NCBI RefSeq assembly: GCF_004102945.1 | Contig: NZ_CP019384.1 | Location: 1,890,001-1,922,000 of the forward strand | DNA: 32,000 bases | DNA from: Candidatus Velamenicoccus archaeovorus | GTDB taxonomy: Bacteria > Omnitrophota > Gorgyraeia > Velamenicoccales > Velamenicoccaceae | Direction: 5' to 3' | Notes under the pieces: generated by a model | The model's database searches: none | What the model saw: only the letters and a program-made list of their open reading frames with translations | Told to the model about the DNA's origin: nothing | Shown here: in pieces, positions 1 to 8,369 of the stretch | Layout of the letters: each line of letters starts with the position of its first letter | Position numbering within the stretch: position 1 is the stretch's first letter | Translations under genes and position numbers: made by a program

Positions 1-38
1 GATAATAATTCAGGATATTCAAAATATTTGCCGCTCAT
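1..38 (-). CDS. 5' end of an unidentified gene that runs off the left edge (MSGKYFEYPELL...)
   Basis: ATG at 38-36 with AAGGA about 7 nt upstream. The frame is open to position 1, but only 12 codons are visible. Confidence 0.25.
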   Translation of the reverse strand, partial: MSGKYFEYPELL

Positions 39-120
39 ATAAATCCTTCATAAAAAATGCCATAAATCCTGAATTCGATCGGGTTATGGTATATGACATG
101 TTACTAAGCCCTAAAGGCTT

Positions 121-960
121 TTAATCCAATTTACCTTCTTCTAGATCACCTGGAGGCTCAATCCCTAAAAATTCTCTATAAATCCTATCCTTATAATCTT
201 TGCCAATTTCGTTCACGGCACTTATAAATGCCTTATATGTTCCTGTTCCGCCGATTTTTTCCCAGAACTCATCCCCGATAAGTACAACATCATCATTTTT
301 CATATCAAACCAGCGAGCGGGGAAAGCCCATGCGTAATCAGCACGTTTGCCATAAGGGTTATACGGCAACGCATAATAGGCACCATCGACTTGTAGTGGT
401 TGCATGCTGTAAAGCTTCAAAATTTTTTCTTTACTGACCTTCGTTTGATCGCTATTGGGCAAAGGAGCCTTTAACTCAAAAGCATATTTTTTATTACTAC
501 GTTTATCCTCAGCATAAACATCGCAGATAACAGTCGTGGGGATAAGCTTCTCGCTCTTACCTTCTAAAATATATTGCAATTCCTTTTTCCAATCAGGACG
601 CACCTTTTCCTTGCCTCGCCCGGAATGCTCCAGGGTATTCAAAACCTCTTGAATTCTTCGTAGCCGTTCTGAATTTACTTGTCCTTTTATTGACACACCC
701 TGCTCACCATGTCCAAGCCCATTATTGGCCGCTACAATGGCTAATTTCTCCCAAACATTACCAAATGGAGTAACGAACCGCCTTTCGAAATGAGATCCTT
801 TAAATATCTCATCCGGCACCAGAGCCGCATATAGCGGCTTCTCTGCTTTGTGGTCTTCTTTAATAAACGGATCCTCGACTAAAACCTTATGCATAATTCT
901 GTCCATCATCGATTTGATGACAGACTGGATCGCCTCTTTCATTTTTTGTTTATCTGTCAT
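121..960 (-). CDS. Type II restriction endonuclease, PD-(D/E)xK fold (TdeIII-like by recollection)
   Basis: Candidate nuclease motif ICDVY...AFELKA (D...ExK). The preferred start is the ATG at 960, which has GGGAGA 5 nt upstream and forms an ATGA overlap with the methyltransferase stop. The ORF track extends to 972. The gene lies directly downstream of a DNA methyltransferase. Confidence 0.6.
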   Translation of the reverse strand: MTDKQKMKEAIQSVIKSMMDRIMHKVLVEDPFIKEDHKAEKPLYAALVPDEIFKGSHFERRFVTPFGNVWEKLAIVAANNGLGHGEQGVSIKGQVNSERLRRIQEVLNTLEHSGRGKEKVRPDWKKELQYILEGKSEKLIPTTVICDVYAEDKRSNKKYAFELKAPLPNSDQTKVSKEKILKLYSMQPLQVDGAYYALPYNPYGKRADYAWAFPARWFDMKNDDVVLIGDEFWEKIGGTGTYKAFISAVNEIGKDYKDRIYREFLGIEPPGDLEEGKLD

Positions 961-2153
961 ATTTTCTCCCATATTAAAATGCTCTCATAAAAAGCGCCTT
1001 CTCGGCGGCCTGTTCGTCTATTTACATGACGATCGACTCGCCCTACAGATTTGAAGCCTACGTCTTCTGCCTTGTACAAGTTAAATTTATCGTTAACAAC
1101 GATTAGGGCAAGTCCTTTTTTAACCATAAAATCTCTGGTATGCGACAGAACATCGTTTATACCTTTAATATAATCTTTGCGAGCCTGTTCCGACTGTCCA
1201 TTTTTTGCGGGGCCGATTTCCCTCGTCTCATTATTTTGTAAACCCAATAGTTCGTAAGCATATTTGTGTTGGTCGTGATAATCAATAAGTCCCAGATAGG
1301 GCGGCGATGTAAAGATCATATCAATATTCTTCGGCAATTTTACTTCGCGGGAATCATCGTGAAAGATTACAACCGATGCTTCCGTTCGTAATTTTGCGTA
1401 TTCCTTTATTCTATCCAGCGTATCAAGAGTATACCTGTATAAAAACTTATAGGCTTCGCTTACTGGCTGACACGTTCGATTATGTTTATAACAAAAATAT
1501 GGTTCGATTTGAGGTTTTTTAGGGAAATCCAAATCATAGTGCGTCACAAGGCGAGCAGAGCGAGCAGAGCGCGATAAAATTACTTTCAATAAATCTTTAT
1601 ACGTGTATTTATCGATCAAGTCTTTAAAATACAGTAATTCGTTTTGCGTGCTCTGGGAGAACCATGTTTTGACGTATTCACTGCTGGTTGATAAACGGCC
1701 ATTACCTCCATTTTTTGGAGAAGAGGGGCCATATTTAAAAGTATATAATTTTTTCAGAATATCTCTCAATTCCGTTTCCAGTAAATCTAAATCATATTTA
1801 GCCGTCTTAACTTGAGAAAGCAAAGTGTTGAACGAAGAAATGTCTGTGCCGATTGAATCAACCCCAAGAATATTTGCCTCCACAAGGGTTGTTCCAGATC
1901 CACAAAATGGGTCGTAAACTAATTTTGGCTGATATTTCCTAAGGAAAATTTCGACTAATTGAGGAATAAATTTCCCCATATATGGATGCAGTCTATGGAC
2001 ATGCTTTGTCCGTTCGTTTTCCGGAAGATCTCTTTCACGCCAATTCAGGTTCAAATCATCAAGTCTAGTTTTTGAATTAACACTTGCGAAATCGGTAAGA
2101 GGGGTTTGTTTATATTGGATCGATATTTTTTCTGCTACTGCGTTATCATACAT
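957..2153 (-). CDS. DNA methyltransferase (N6-adenine or N4-cytosine class), cognate of the adjacent endonuclease
   Basis: AdoMet motif I DPFCGSGTTLVEA, followed about 200 residues later by catalytic motif IV FTSPPY. This motif order, with a large intervening region, fits an alpha-type amino-methyltransferase. GAGGAG Shine-Dalgarno sequence upstream. Confidence 0.85.
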   Translation of the reverse strand: MYDNAVAEKISIQYKQTPLTDFASVNSKTRLDDLNLNWRERDLPENERTKHVHRLHPYMGKFIPQLVEIFLRKYQPKLVYDPFCGSGTTLVEANILGVDSIGTDISSFNTLLSQVKTAKYDLDLLETELRDILKKLYTFKYGPSSPKNGGNGRLSTSSEYVKTWFSQSTQNELLYFKDLIDKYTYKDLLKVILSRSARSARLVTHYDLDFPKKPQIEPYFCYKHNRTCQPVSEAYKFLYRYTLDTLDRIKEYAKLRTEASVVIFHDDSREVKLPKNIDMIFTSPPYLGLIDYHDQHKYAYELLGLQNNETREIGPAKNGQSEQARKDYIKGINDVLSHTRDFMVKKGLALIVVNDKFNLYKAEDVGFKSVGRVDRHVNRRTGRREGAFYESILIWEKI

Positions 2154-2183
2154 ACTTTTCTCCTCTATCCTTAAATAAAATTA

Positions 2184-2807
2184 CTACATATTTGGAATCG
2201 TTGCCACGACCACTCCCTGAATCTGAAAATCCCTTGTTAGAACAATAGGCTGGTGCTGTTTATTTTTTGATCTGGGTTTTAAAACAACCGTCTCCCCTGC
2301 CTCGTGAAACTCCTTAACAGTTGCTTCATTATCAATCAGCGCTACAACAGTATCACCATTCTTCGCTGTTACTTGTTGACGAACTAAAACAAAATCTCCG
2401 TCACCGATGCCTTTCTGATTCATCGAGTCACCTTTTGTTTTTAGAAGAAAATAACGATGTGGCGGACAGGCTAATTTTATGCTAACCGGTATTTTAGCTT
2501 GTATATTTTCTTCGGCAAGCATTGGAGCGCCGCAAGCTACAACTCCAACCAATGGGACATCCACGGTCTGAGCACGTATCCTATCATCACCAACACTTTT
2601 GACAAACTGCAAGCTTCCATCGTCCCTACGACGTAGCACACCTTTCTCAATCAGCTTGTTAACAATCAACGAGGCAGAACGAGGCGAACGATATCCAAGA
2701 GAAGACATGAGTTCACGCATGGATGGGATGCGTCCGATGTGCAGGATGAAATTGCGTATTTCGCGGATGGCTTCTAGTTCCTTATTCGTTATAGCGGTAG
2801 TCTGCAT
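2184..2807 (-). CDS. lexA: LexA-type repressor (winged-helix N-domain plus S24 self-cleaving peptidase)
   Basis: Cleavage-site region VACGAP, catalytic Ser in KGDSM, and catalytic Lys in ATVKEF. The N-terminus ELMSSLGYRSPRSASLIVNKLIEKG matches the LexA DNA-binding domain. The track ORF starts at a GTG at 2825; the ATG at 2807 is preferred. Confidence 0.85.
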   Translation of the reverse strand: MQTTAITNKELEAIREIRNFILHIGRIPSMRELMSSLGYRSPRSASLIVNKLIEKGVLRRRDDGSLQFVKSVGDDRIRAQTVDVPLVGVVACGAPMLAEENIQAKIPVSIKLACPPHRYFLLKTKGDSMNQKGIGDGDFVLVRQQVTAKNGDTVVALIDNEATVKEFHEAGETVVLKPRSKNKQHQPIVLTRDFQIQGVVVATIPNM

Positions 2808-2902
2808 GTATACAGTATTATACACTTAGGATAATTTGTCAATGATTTTTTTCAGTAATTAAACATATCTTTCTGGAAGGGCGCGCTGGAAATACTTGCG
2901 AA

Positions 2903-2939
2903 ACAAAAAACCTCCGCCAGCCTACTTAGCCAACGGAGG
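2903..2939 (-). terminator. Intrinsic terminator after the wHTH/TIR-like gene pair
   Basis: On the minus strand, CCTCCG...CGGAGG forms a stem that G-U pairs can extend. It is followed by TTTTTTGTTT and lies 22 nt after the stop at 2962. Confidence 0.5.
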
Positions 2940-2961
2940 ATCTATTCTTCAAGACGATTTC

Positions 2962-3717
2962 CTATTTATTGGATAATTTTTTTGCAATATTTTTGATGCT
3001 GTTATCCGGATGCTTAAGGAGCTTTTCTTTATCGTAGGCGATAAAATCGGGGTGGAGGGATATGCGGTACTGCTTTGAGCCGTTGTTCTCTATAAACTTC
3101 TGGCCGTCTTTATCCAGTAGGCTTCCCTGCAAAGCCGTCCTGAGATTACTGTAAATCTGAAATTTCTCGACATCGGCAATTATGCTGTCCGAGCCCAAGC
3201 TATGCCGGTGAACCCAGCCCTCTTTTGTTTTTTTTAATTCCAGCGCAAGGCGCAAGAACAGCTTAAACACCGAGTCGCCAAGCTTTATCTTGTGGTTATT
3301 CACTTCGATTTCGTTGCTCCGCCTCATGGGAATGGTGCCGGGTATATAGACCTTATCGTAGCATTTGTATTCAAAATCCTTATAATCCTTATTTTGCTTC
3401 TCTGTCAGCTCCCTAATGACAAGGTCCATGCCTATATCCGGCTTCAGCAGCCCAGATATAATCTCTCCGAGCAGCCTACAGATTTGAGTATCAAAGGTTT
3501 TATGGACAAGGTTCGTCTTCTTTAAGCGCTTTTTAAGGATACCAGCTTCATTGCTTGATACAGGCGTAAAAACAACAAGGATGCTATTATTTTTGAAGAT
3601 GTATTTTAAGGTAGACAACTTAAGCAGTTTTCCATTGCCGACATTAAGGATAAAAACCAACCCCATACGCTTTCCGCTACGAGTTTGATTTGCTATATAA
3701 AAATACCCTTTTCGCAT
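2962..3717 (-). CDS. Uncharacterised protein: about 130-aa alternating beta/alpha N-domain plus OmpR/PhoB-like winged-helix C-domain; partner of the TIR-like gene
   Basis: The C-terminal pattern IKLGDSVFKLFLRLALELKKTKEGWVHRHSL...IYSNLRTALQGSL...ENNGSKQYRISL follows the Trans_reg_C winged-helix layout. The N-domain has no motif I can name. The gene starts 24 nt downstream of the TIR-like gene. Confidence 0.45.
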   Translation of the reverse strand: MRKGYFYIANQTRSGKRMGLVFILNVGNGKLLKLSTLKYIFKNNSILVVFTPVSSNEAGILKKRLKKTNLVHKTFDTQICRLLGEIISGLLKPDIGMDLVIRELTEKQNKDYKDFEYKCYDKVYIPGTIPMRRSNEIEVNNHKIKLGDSVFKLFLRLALELKKTKEGWVHRHSLGSDSIIADVEKFQIYSNLRTALQGSLLDKDGQKFIENNGSKQYRISLHPDFIAYDKEKLLKHPDNSIKNIAKKLSNK

Positions 3718-3741
3718 TCTTGCCCTTTATTACGCGCCTAT

Positions 3742-4203
3742 CTAACTTAATTCTTCTATCCATTTTTCCAAAGCCTCGGGGTCCCAAGCCAAGCGTTGTG
3801 TCGACCTGCATTCCAAGGCCTTAGGAGCTGTTGCTTTTTCGCAGCCTTCAAGAAACATACCGCGAATATTCATCCACGCTTTACCAGACAAAAGCGCGTC
3901 TTTCATCTTATAAAAATTGTTGACTTCCCATTCCACCCAGGCATTCTTATAAGTCCCATCTCCGATTAAAACAACTAATTTGGCACACTGCTCAAATTTT
4001 TTAATAATCTCTTCTCGTATTGCTCTTGAACGACCGTCATTTAGCTGGCACTGTATCAATTTTTCGCTCCCGTCAGCCGATATTTCTTTAAAGCAACAAT
4101 CGTGAGCCTCAAACACATGTTTCGATTTACCTTTAAGAAAATTAAAGGCTTCGACTTGCTTCTGATCAGTCTGGTCAAAACTAACAAATACGTTTATTGC
4201 CAT
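3742..4203 (-). CDS. TIR-like domain protein (DUF1863 / Thoeris ThsB-like)
   Basis: INVFVSFDQTD parallels the FFSFHYxD opening of ThsB. LVVLIGDGTYKNAWVEWEV parallels ThsB CVLIGSQTFNRRWVRYEI. The preferred start is the ATG at 4203, which has GGAGCGGAGG upstream; the track ORF extends to 4266. Confidence 0.65.
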   Translation of the reverse strand: MAINVFVSFDQTDQKQVEAFNFLKGKSKHVFEAHDCCFKEISADGSEKLIQCQLNDGRSRAIREEIIKKFEQCAKLVVLIGDGTYKNAWVEWEVNNFYKMKDALLSGKAWMNIRGMFLEGCEKATAPKALECRSTQRLAWDPEALEKWIEELS

Positions 4204-4320
4204 GGCCTCCGCTCCTTTACATTTAAACCCGTTAATGGCAACTCTGCTATTGCGCAGACAGCCCATTATAAGGCCCGAAATACAGGCCGCAGGTTATTTA
4301 CCCATACTGCTTTAATATTT

Positions 4321-4497
4321 TTATCCGCCTAAAACCTCTTTTTCCGCTTTAAGCCATATATTCCAATCTTTTCCTTGAGGTTTCCCTTCTTTTTCCCAAA
4401 GATAATATGCTTTCTTCTGCACCTCAACAAAGAACTTTTCAGATCCGGCGGAGGTTTCTTTCTTATCGGTTGTAATTTTCTTTATTTTTGCAGCCAT
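4321..4497 (-). CDS. DUF2934 family small protein (58 aa; below the ORF-track cutoff)
   Basis: Translation: MAAKIKKITTDKKETSAGSEKFFVEVQKKAYYLWEKEGKPQGKDWNIWLKAEKEVLGG. The AYYLWEKxGxPxGxDxxxWLxAE signature is characteristic of DUF2934. Confidence 0.6.
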   Translation of the reverse strand: MAAKIKKITTDKKETSAGSEKFFVEVQKKAYYLWEKEGKPQGKDWNIWLKAEKEVLGG

Positions 4498-4576
4498 TGG
4501 ACGCTCCTTTCTGTTATGTAATTACTATTAACCGCCATACCTAAAATGCTTTTCGCGCACCTCCTTTCAATAAGAT

Positions 4577-4864
4577 TTAATCTAATATAGTAATGCCCTT
4601 GGCAAGCATTTTTTTATCTTGAGTCTTTATAAAATCTATATTGATCTTGTTTCCGGCTTTTATATCGCAAAGGCCAGCGTTTTTATTGCCCTTTCCTATA
4701 ATCAGTGTTTGGGCATCTACAGTAAAAATTGTCTTTATATGCTTCGCCTTGTTCCCGCTAACCCTTGTTTCCTCTGTAACTAATCTCTTGGCATTATTAT
4801 CTACGCTCTTTACTTTAACACCCAGTAATCTATCAGAAATTCTTCCTTTGCGTTTACAGCCCAT
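4577..4864 (-). CDS. Hypothetical small beta-rich protein (possibly DUF5666-like)
   Basis: 95-aa ORF starting 2 nt after the upstream gene. No diagnostic motif. Confidence 0.35.
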   Translation of the reverse strand: MGCKRKGRISDRLLGVKVKSVDNNAKRLVTEETRVSGNKAKHIKTIFTVDAQTLIIGKGNKNAGLCDIKAGNKINIDFIKTQDKKMLAKGITILD

Positions 4865-4866
4865 TT

Positions 4867-5082
4867 TTAAAGTACTTTAGAAACAACCATATCTTTAAGC
4901 CAAAGGCTCGTTACTCCATGGTCGTTTTTTAAGGTTAAAACTATATCCTCATCATTGCCATTATATTCATACTGCTCAATATAATTCCCCGTTGAAATTA
5001 CCCTGATATTTTCAATAATGCCGGTGCTGTCTCCAGAATATTTTATCGTGTCTCCTATGTTTAATGTCACATTCCGGCTCAT
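4867..5082 (-). CDS. Hypothetical small protein
   Basis: 71-aa ORF with a strong AAGGAGG Shine-Dalgarno sequence 7 nt upstream of the ATG. Confidence 0.45.
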   Translation of the reverse strand: MSRNVTLNIGDTIKYSGDSTGIIENIRVISTGNYIEQYEYNGNDEDIVLTLKNDHGVTSLWLKDMVVSKVL

Positions 5083-5135
5083 TTAGTATCCTCCTTGATT
5101 TTTTAAGCCTTCCAAGCTGGCCATTGATCTTATTT

Positions 5136-6488
5136 TTAGATTCTCAGCAAAAACAAGAACTTATTAGCAATCCAGAAATATATTGTAATGCCCAAGATAT
5201 CAATTATTGTCGTAAGTAAAGGCCCGCTCATCAAAGCCGGGTCTAATTTAATCTTTTTTAATATAATGGGGAGGCTGGCGCCTATCACTGCGGAAATGAT
5301 AACAGTTAACCCCATGGAAAGCCCCACAGAAAGGCTCAAGCCCCAGTTGTATTCTTGAAAAAATACCCTTAATATGCACGCTAAGGCCAAAATGCCGCCT
5401 AACAAGATTCCCAGCATTGACTCTCTTAAAGCTACCTTGAGAAAATCGTTTATTTTTATCTCGCCCACCGCCAAACTCCTGATAACTATCGTCGAGGATT
5501 GGGTGCCTGCGTTACCAGCCGTATCAACAAGCATGGGGAGAAAAAAACTTAATGCAATCCATTTTTGTATAGTCAGCTGGAATTTTTGAAGAATAAAGCC
5601 TGAGGCAGATCCCAAAATCACCAATAAGATAAGCCAAAAACTTCTTTTCCAAAGTATATTAAACAGATTCGTCTCAAGATAAGGTTCTTCTATGGGGACA
5701 ACTGCGGCAATTCTTTGGAAGTCTTCTGTGGCCTCCTCATCAATAACATCTACCAGATCATCAAAGGTTATTATCCCTAATAATTTCTCATTATTATCTA
5801 TAACCGGCAGAGCCAGAAGATCATATTTTTTAAAAATGCCTAAAGCCTCTTCTTGATCCCGGTATACGTTAATCTTCTTCACATCTCTAAACATAATGTC
5901 TTTTATCAGCGCGCCTGCCTGGGCTAAAACTATTTTTTTAAGCGATACTACGCCTATTAATTTCCTTTCGGCATTTAATACATAAGCGTGATAAATTGTT
6001 TCTGTTTTTAAGCCGATTTGTTTTATGTGCTCCAGGGCGGCTTCAACAGTCATGTCTTCATAAAGCTGCACAAAGTCCGGAGTCATCAGCCTTCCCACGG
6101 AATTCTCGGGATAATTAAGTATCTGCTGGGCTATCTCTCTTTCCTCATAATAAAGATAGCTCATAAATTTTTTAACCAGCTCCGCAGGCATTTCTTCAAA
6201 TAATCCGGTCCTGTCGTCAACCGACATTTCATTTAAGATTGTCCTGATTTCAGATGTGGTTAAATCCTCGAGCATTTTTTCCTGTTCCTCTACAGGAAAA
6301 CTCATAAAGACTTCCACGGCTGTGTCGGGAGGAATCATGCGGAATACGATCATCTTCCAGGATGGGTTAAAAAGATGGAAGATAAAATACGCTATGTCTT
6401 CCGGATGCTGCGGGATAATCTCCTTTAATTCGGAGAGTTTTCTTTGCGTTATCAGTTCTTCTGCTTTTTTTATAATTTTCTTATTCAT
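5136..6488 (-). CDS. mgtE: Magnesium transporter MgtE
   Basis: MgtE N-domain, tandem CBS region (VGRLMTPDF..., LPVIDNNEKLLGIITFDD) and a C-terminal membrane domain with the MLVDTAGNAGTQS motif. Confidence 0.92.
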   Translation of the reverse strand: MNKKIIKKAEELITQRKLSELKEIIPQHPEDIAYFIFHLFNPSWKMIVFRMIPPDTAVEVFMSFPVEEQEKMLEDLTTSEIRTILNEMSVDDRTGLFEEMPAELVKKFMSYLYYEEREIAQQILNYPENSVGRLMTPDFVQLYEDMTVEAALEHIKQIGLKTETIYHAYVLNAERKLIGVVSLKKIVLAQAGALIKDIMFRDVKKINVYRDQEEALGIFKKYDLLALPVIDNNEKLLGIITFDDLVDVIDEEATEDFQRIAAVVPIEEPYLETNLFNILWKRSFWLILLVILGSASGFILQKFQLTIQKWIALSFFLPMLVDTAGNAGTQSSTIVIRSLAVGEIKINDFLKVALRESMLGILLGGILALACILRVFFQEYNWGLSLSVGLSMGLTVIISAVIGASLPIILKKIKLDPALMSGPLLTTIIDILGITIYFWIANKFLFLLRI

Positions 6489-6499
6489 ATCGCCTATGT

Positions 6500-6742
6500 T
6501 TAGAGATGATATTCTTTGGCCGCTTCCGGCTGATATAATATTTTCTTAATCTTAAGCCTTCTTACCCCTGCCGGGACTTTCCATTCGATAACATCTCCTA
6601 CTTTATAACCCAATATTGCTGTGCCGATGGGGGCTAAAATAGAGATTTTGTTTTGCTCAATATCTGCGTCTTCAGGATATACCAGTTGATAAAATTCGTC
6701 TTTACCCGTATCCATATCCCTGAGATAGACCTTTGAGTTCAT
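6500..6742 (-). CDS. C-terminal half of an Rnk/GreA-family regulator (GreA/GreB C-terminal domain)
   Basis: ISILAPIGTAILGYKVGDVIEW...YQPEAA matches the Rnk C-domain. Its ATG overlaps the stop of the upstream half-gene (ATGA). Confidence 0.7.
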   Translation of the reverse strand: MNSKVYLRDMDTGKDEFYQLVYPEDADIEQNKISILAPIGTAILGYKVGDVIEWKVPAGVRRLKIKKILYQPEAAKEYHL

Positions 6743-7017
6743 CGTAACGAATCAGGCGGGATTTTGTCGGTATCAACTATAATTGCCCTGTTTAATTCGG
6801 CTTCAAGCTCTTCGATCCGCGCCCATTCCGCATCGTTCCTTGAGTTCTTTATTTTCCTTACCTCTTTAATTAATCCCAATTCATCCCGCGAACTGAAGCT
6901 GTGCTCCAGCTCATCAAGGGACCGCCTGTCAATATCCTGCCGGGAACTCATATTTTTGATTATTTCTGTGAGGCGGTCAAAATCCGGCTTTGTTATATAA
7001 ATTTGCTTGTCTTTCAT
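6739..7017 (-). CDS. N-terminal half of the same Rnk/GreA-family regulator (coiled-coil part), cut off by a frameshift
   Basis: Begins IYITKPDFDRL and ends ...IPPDSLR*, exactly where intact Rnk proteins read ...DVVTMNS. See the related finding. Confidence 0.6.
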   Translation of the reverse strand: MKDKQIYITKPDFDRLTEIIKNMSSRQDIDRRSLDELEHSFSSRDELGLIKEVRKIKNSRNDAEWARIEELEAELNRAIIVDTDKIPPDSLR

Positions 7018-7057
7018 TGCGACTCCTTCTCTATATTTTCGGTTAGTTTTCTATTCT

Positions 7058-7486
7058 TTATATATATTGCTCGAGCCTTTTAATCCATAACTCTGATGTG
7101 GGCTGTATCTTTAATATCTGGACGCTGTATTTTGATCCGTCGAATTCTTTTACTTCTACGGTGTCTCCTTTTTTATGTCCCAGCAAAGCAATTCCTAAAT
7201 TAGAAAGCACAGAAACCCTGCCCAGCTCTTTACACTCAATTTTTGGGATGACAAATAAATATTCCTTCTCTTCCGCAGTTGATATATTTTTAAACCTTAC
7301 TGCAGAATTAAGGTATACGATATCAACGAGCCCAAGGGAAGCATCATCAACTTTTTTTGCTTTATTTAGCTTTTCTTTGAGGAATAAAATGCGCTTTTTT
7401 GTTTGTCGATCAGGAAAACTCCCGGCCTCATAGCCAATTATTAATTCCTTAATTCTCCTGTAGTCGCTTTTTTTAATTATGCACAT
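7058..7486 (-). CDS. Rnk/GreA-like regulator (intact paralogue)
   Basis: C-terminal VSVLSNLGIALLGHKKGDTVEV matches the GreA/GreB C-domain signature. Confidence 0.65.
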   Translation of the reverse strand: MCIIKKSDYRRIKELIIGYEAGSFPDRQTKKRILFLKEKLNKAKKVDDASLGLVDIVYLNSAVRFKNISTAEEKEYLFVIPKIECKELGRVSVLSNLGIALLGHKKGDTVEVKEFDGSKYSVQILKIQPTSELWIKRLEQYI

Positions 7487-7509
7487 TTAGCTTAACTCAT
7501 TCTTAATCC

Positions 7510-8181
7510 TTATGCGCTAATTTCCGCAATGTTGACAGTATGCGCAGCAATATCACCTACGCTCTGAATAACAAATAATAAAATAGATTCGCCTCTTTCC
7601 GCTGTTTCTGATTTTTTATTTGTTTCCATTAAATCATCCTGCATACGGCTGCATATCTTTCTTAGCTCCAGGCTTGCTAAAATAGTCTTCTTAGCTAACC
7701 CTGCGTCTTGTTTTAAAAAAGAAATGACCGAATCCCAGACAATATTTTGAAAAATTTTAGCAAATTGAGAAATATTGATTTTATACCTTTCGGGGATATC
7801 TGTATTTAAACTTAGTAGGCTTTCCGCAATACCAGCGGTTAAGTCCCCAATTTGTTTTAATTCAATATTAACGCTTATGCTTGAAGAGATGAATGTTAAG
7901 ACGCTGCCCTCGGGCTGATACTGTTTAATGATATTAGTAAGATATTCCCCGGAGGCGACGCAAAGAGCTCCTATTTTTTTGTTATTGTCTATTATCTCTT
8001 GTATCTTTTGGGCATCAAAGCGCATCAGGACGCTGGATGTTTTGCTGATAGCCTCCTGCGTTAAGCGGCAGCTTTTAAGCAAATCATCATTTAATTTCTT
8101 AAGATCTCTTTCAATGTCCATTATTGAAATATCCCTCATATCCATCCAATGCTTTTGCAATAACCAAATTAAAATATTCAT
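7510..8181 (-). CDS. PhoU-domain protein
   Basis: Two helical repeats end in PhoU-like motifs: LKQIGDLTAGIAESL and IQSVGDIAAHTVNIAE (compare ERIGDHATNIAE). Confidence 0.6.
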   Translation of the reverse strand: MNILIWLLQKHWMDMRDISIMDIERDLKKLNDDLLKSCRLTQEAISKTSSVLMRFDAQKIQEIIDNNKKIGALCVASGEYLTNIIKQYQPEGSVLTFISSSISVNIELKQIGDLTAGIAESLLSLNTDIPERYKINISQFAKIFQNIVWDSVISFLKQDAGLAKKTILASLELRKICSRMQDDLMETNKKSETAERGESILLFVIQSVGDIAAHTVNIAEISA

Positions 8182-8369
8182 GCCTCATTACTTTTTGATC
8201 CCCGCACTGACTTGATAATAATAGGCTTCATTTCTAATTGATAGAATGGGCAATCCATAAATTTCCCCACACAATACTGCTTTTTGCGTTTGATACTTGG
8301 ACGGAATAAGCCGTCTCCGTAACATCCGCAATAACCAATCGGCCTTGCAGCAACAAAATAAGGGCACAT
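8178..8369 (-). CDS. 'MCPY' Cys-rich mini-protein, paralogue A
   Basis: MCPYFVAARPIGYCGCYGDGLFRPSIKRKKQYCVGKFMDCPFYQ aligns without gaps to paralogues B and C. Its stop overlaps the start of the PhoU-like gene. Confidence 0.6.
   Translation of the reverse strand: MCPYFVAARPIGYCGCYGDGLFRPSIKRKKQYCVGKFMDCPFYQLEMKPIIIKSVRGSKSNEA

Noticed and set aside
1551-1568. 9-nt tandem duplication GCGAGCAGA x2 inside the methyltransferase gene (encodes SARSAR)
   Set aside because: It is an in-frame three-codon duplication in a variable region between the catalytic motifs. It is probably neutral and not a regulatory repeat.
2801-2845. SOS box and sigma70 promoter at the lexA start (TTGACA...TATAAT, and TACTGTATACATGCAG resembling the CTGT-N8-ACAG LexA box)
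   Set aside because: The spacer between TTGACA and TATAAT is only 14 nt. Only the left half-site matches the gammaproteobacterial box: the right half gives CTG-N8-CAG instead of CTG-N10-CAG, so it is out of register. The host lineage and its LexA motif are unknown. The idea of a leaderless lexA mRNA, with TATAAT ending 9 nt before the ATG at 2807, is speculative.
6489-6499. Looked for an M-box (Mg2+) riboswitch upstream of mgtE
   Set aside because: Only 11 nt separate mgtE from the upstream gene. There is no room for a riboswitch, and mgtE appears to be transcribed as part of the upstream operon.
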